Assembly (NCBI GenBank): GCA_024720975.1
Contig: JANJXX010000007.1
Location: 448-58,117, forward strand
Direction of reading: 5' to 3'
DNA from: Thermoproteota archaeon
Lineage (GTDB): Archaea > Asgardarchaeota > Njordarchaeia > Njordarchaeales > Panguiarchaeaceae
Length of the DNA stretch: 57,670 nt
Shown: positions 57,259 through 57,670 of the stretch, one piece after another
How the letters are laid out: each line of letters begins with the position of its first letter
How positions within the stretch are numbered: the stretch's first letter is position 1
Made by a program: the position numbers and the translations under genes
The notes under the pieces: model-generated
Databases searched by the model: none
Seen by the model: the letters and a program-made list of their open reading frames with translations, nothing else
Told to the model about the DNA's origin: nothing

Positions 57259-57670
57259 TCAGTGGACAAGTAGAACTGATAAGGTAAGACCTAGTATCAT
57301 AAATACAATTAATACTACAAGAACCTCCTTCATTAATGAGTGGAAATCTTTGGCAAGTGTAGGATTGCTCAGTAGCAGGTGAATTGATACCTTTATTCCA
57401 GCTAAAATTGATGAAAAAACAAATATGAACGCTAAGCTCATTTGAAATAAGCCAGTTTGAAAACCCGTGAAGACCTGTAACTTATAACCTAAGTTTGCAA
57501 GTCCTATCAGCAAGCCAGTACTGTACGTGGAAACAGCTGATAGCAATTTCATCTGGCGCCTAAGCTTGTTATAAATATCCTGTTGCTTGATAACCCACAA
57601 TTTCTCGTGTTTGGCAAGGATTAGCATCTTTTCTATGAGATTGAATATCCTTTTAGGATCTAAACTATAG
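57259..57670 (-). CDS. Membrane protein, 5'-truncated by the window edge
   Basis: Frame is open to the end of the window, with three C-terminal hydrophobic helices. Confidence 0.6.
   Translation of the reverse strand, partial: YSLDPKRIFNLIEKMLILAKHEKLWVIKQQDIYNKLRRQMKLLSAVSTYSTGLLIGLANLGYKLQVFTGFQTGLFQMSLAFIFVFSSILAGIKVSIHLLLSNPTLAKDFHSLMKEVLVVLIVFMILGLTLSVLLVH

Noticed and set aside
1-57670. CRISPR array, provirus or replication origin
   Set aside because: No regularly spaced direct repeats, integrase, capsid genes, cdc6 or ORB-like repeats were seen by eye.

Overview
A gene-dense archaeal chromosomal segment, most likely from a thermophilic Asgard-type lineage. The basis is AT-rich CDSs with very GC-rich tRNA/5S stems, a longin-small GTPase fusion, a Yip1 protein, an SMC5/6-like ATPase and a UBA5-like E1; this taxonomy is inference. 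Most genes are housekeeping: scattered ribosomal proteins, EF-1alpha, aIF5B, CysRS, TyrRS, tRNA-modification enzymes (Trm11, TrmJ, Taw2, Taw3, Cbf5), XPD, Hel308, AGT-EndoV, CDC48 and PriL. The window also has eight tRNAs (four with introns, one of them in the D-arm), three box C/D sRNAs (two sit 8 nt behind a tRNA) and the 3' tail of a TnpB element at the left edge. The standout is a circularly permuted 5S rRNA gene (25887-26015). Its 3' half precedes its 5' half, and the native ends are joined by a tetraloop. The unit is clamped by a 15-bp inverted repeat carrying a bulge-helix splice motif, and the predicted cut sites, once ligated, regenerate the canonical 5S sequence. This suggests maturation via tRNA splicing endonuclease and ligase into a circle. 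The second highlight is a tightly coupled operon: SMC5/6-like ATPase, putative kleisin, Nse1-like KITE, PriL and UBA5-like E1. All homology calls come from motif recognition by eye, not database searches.
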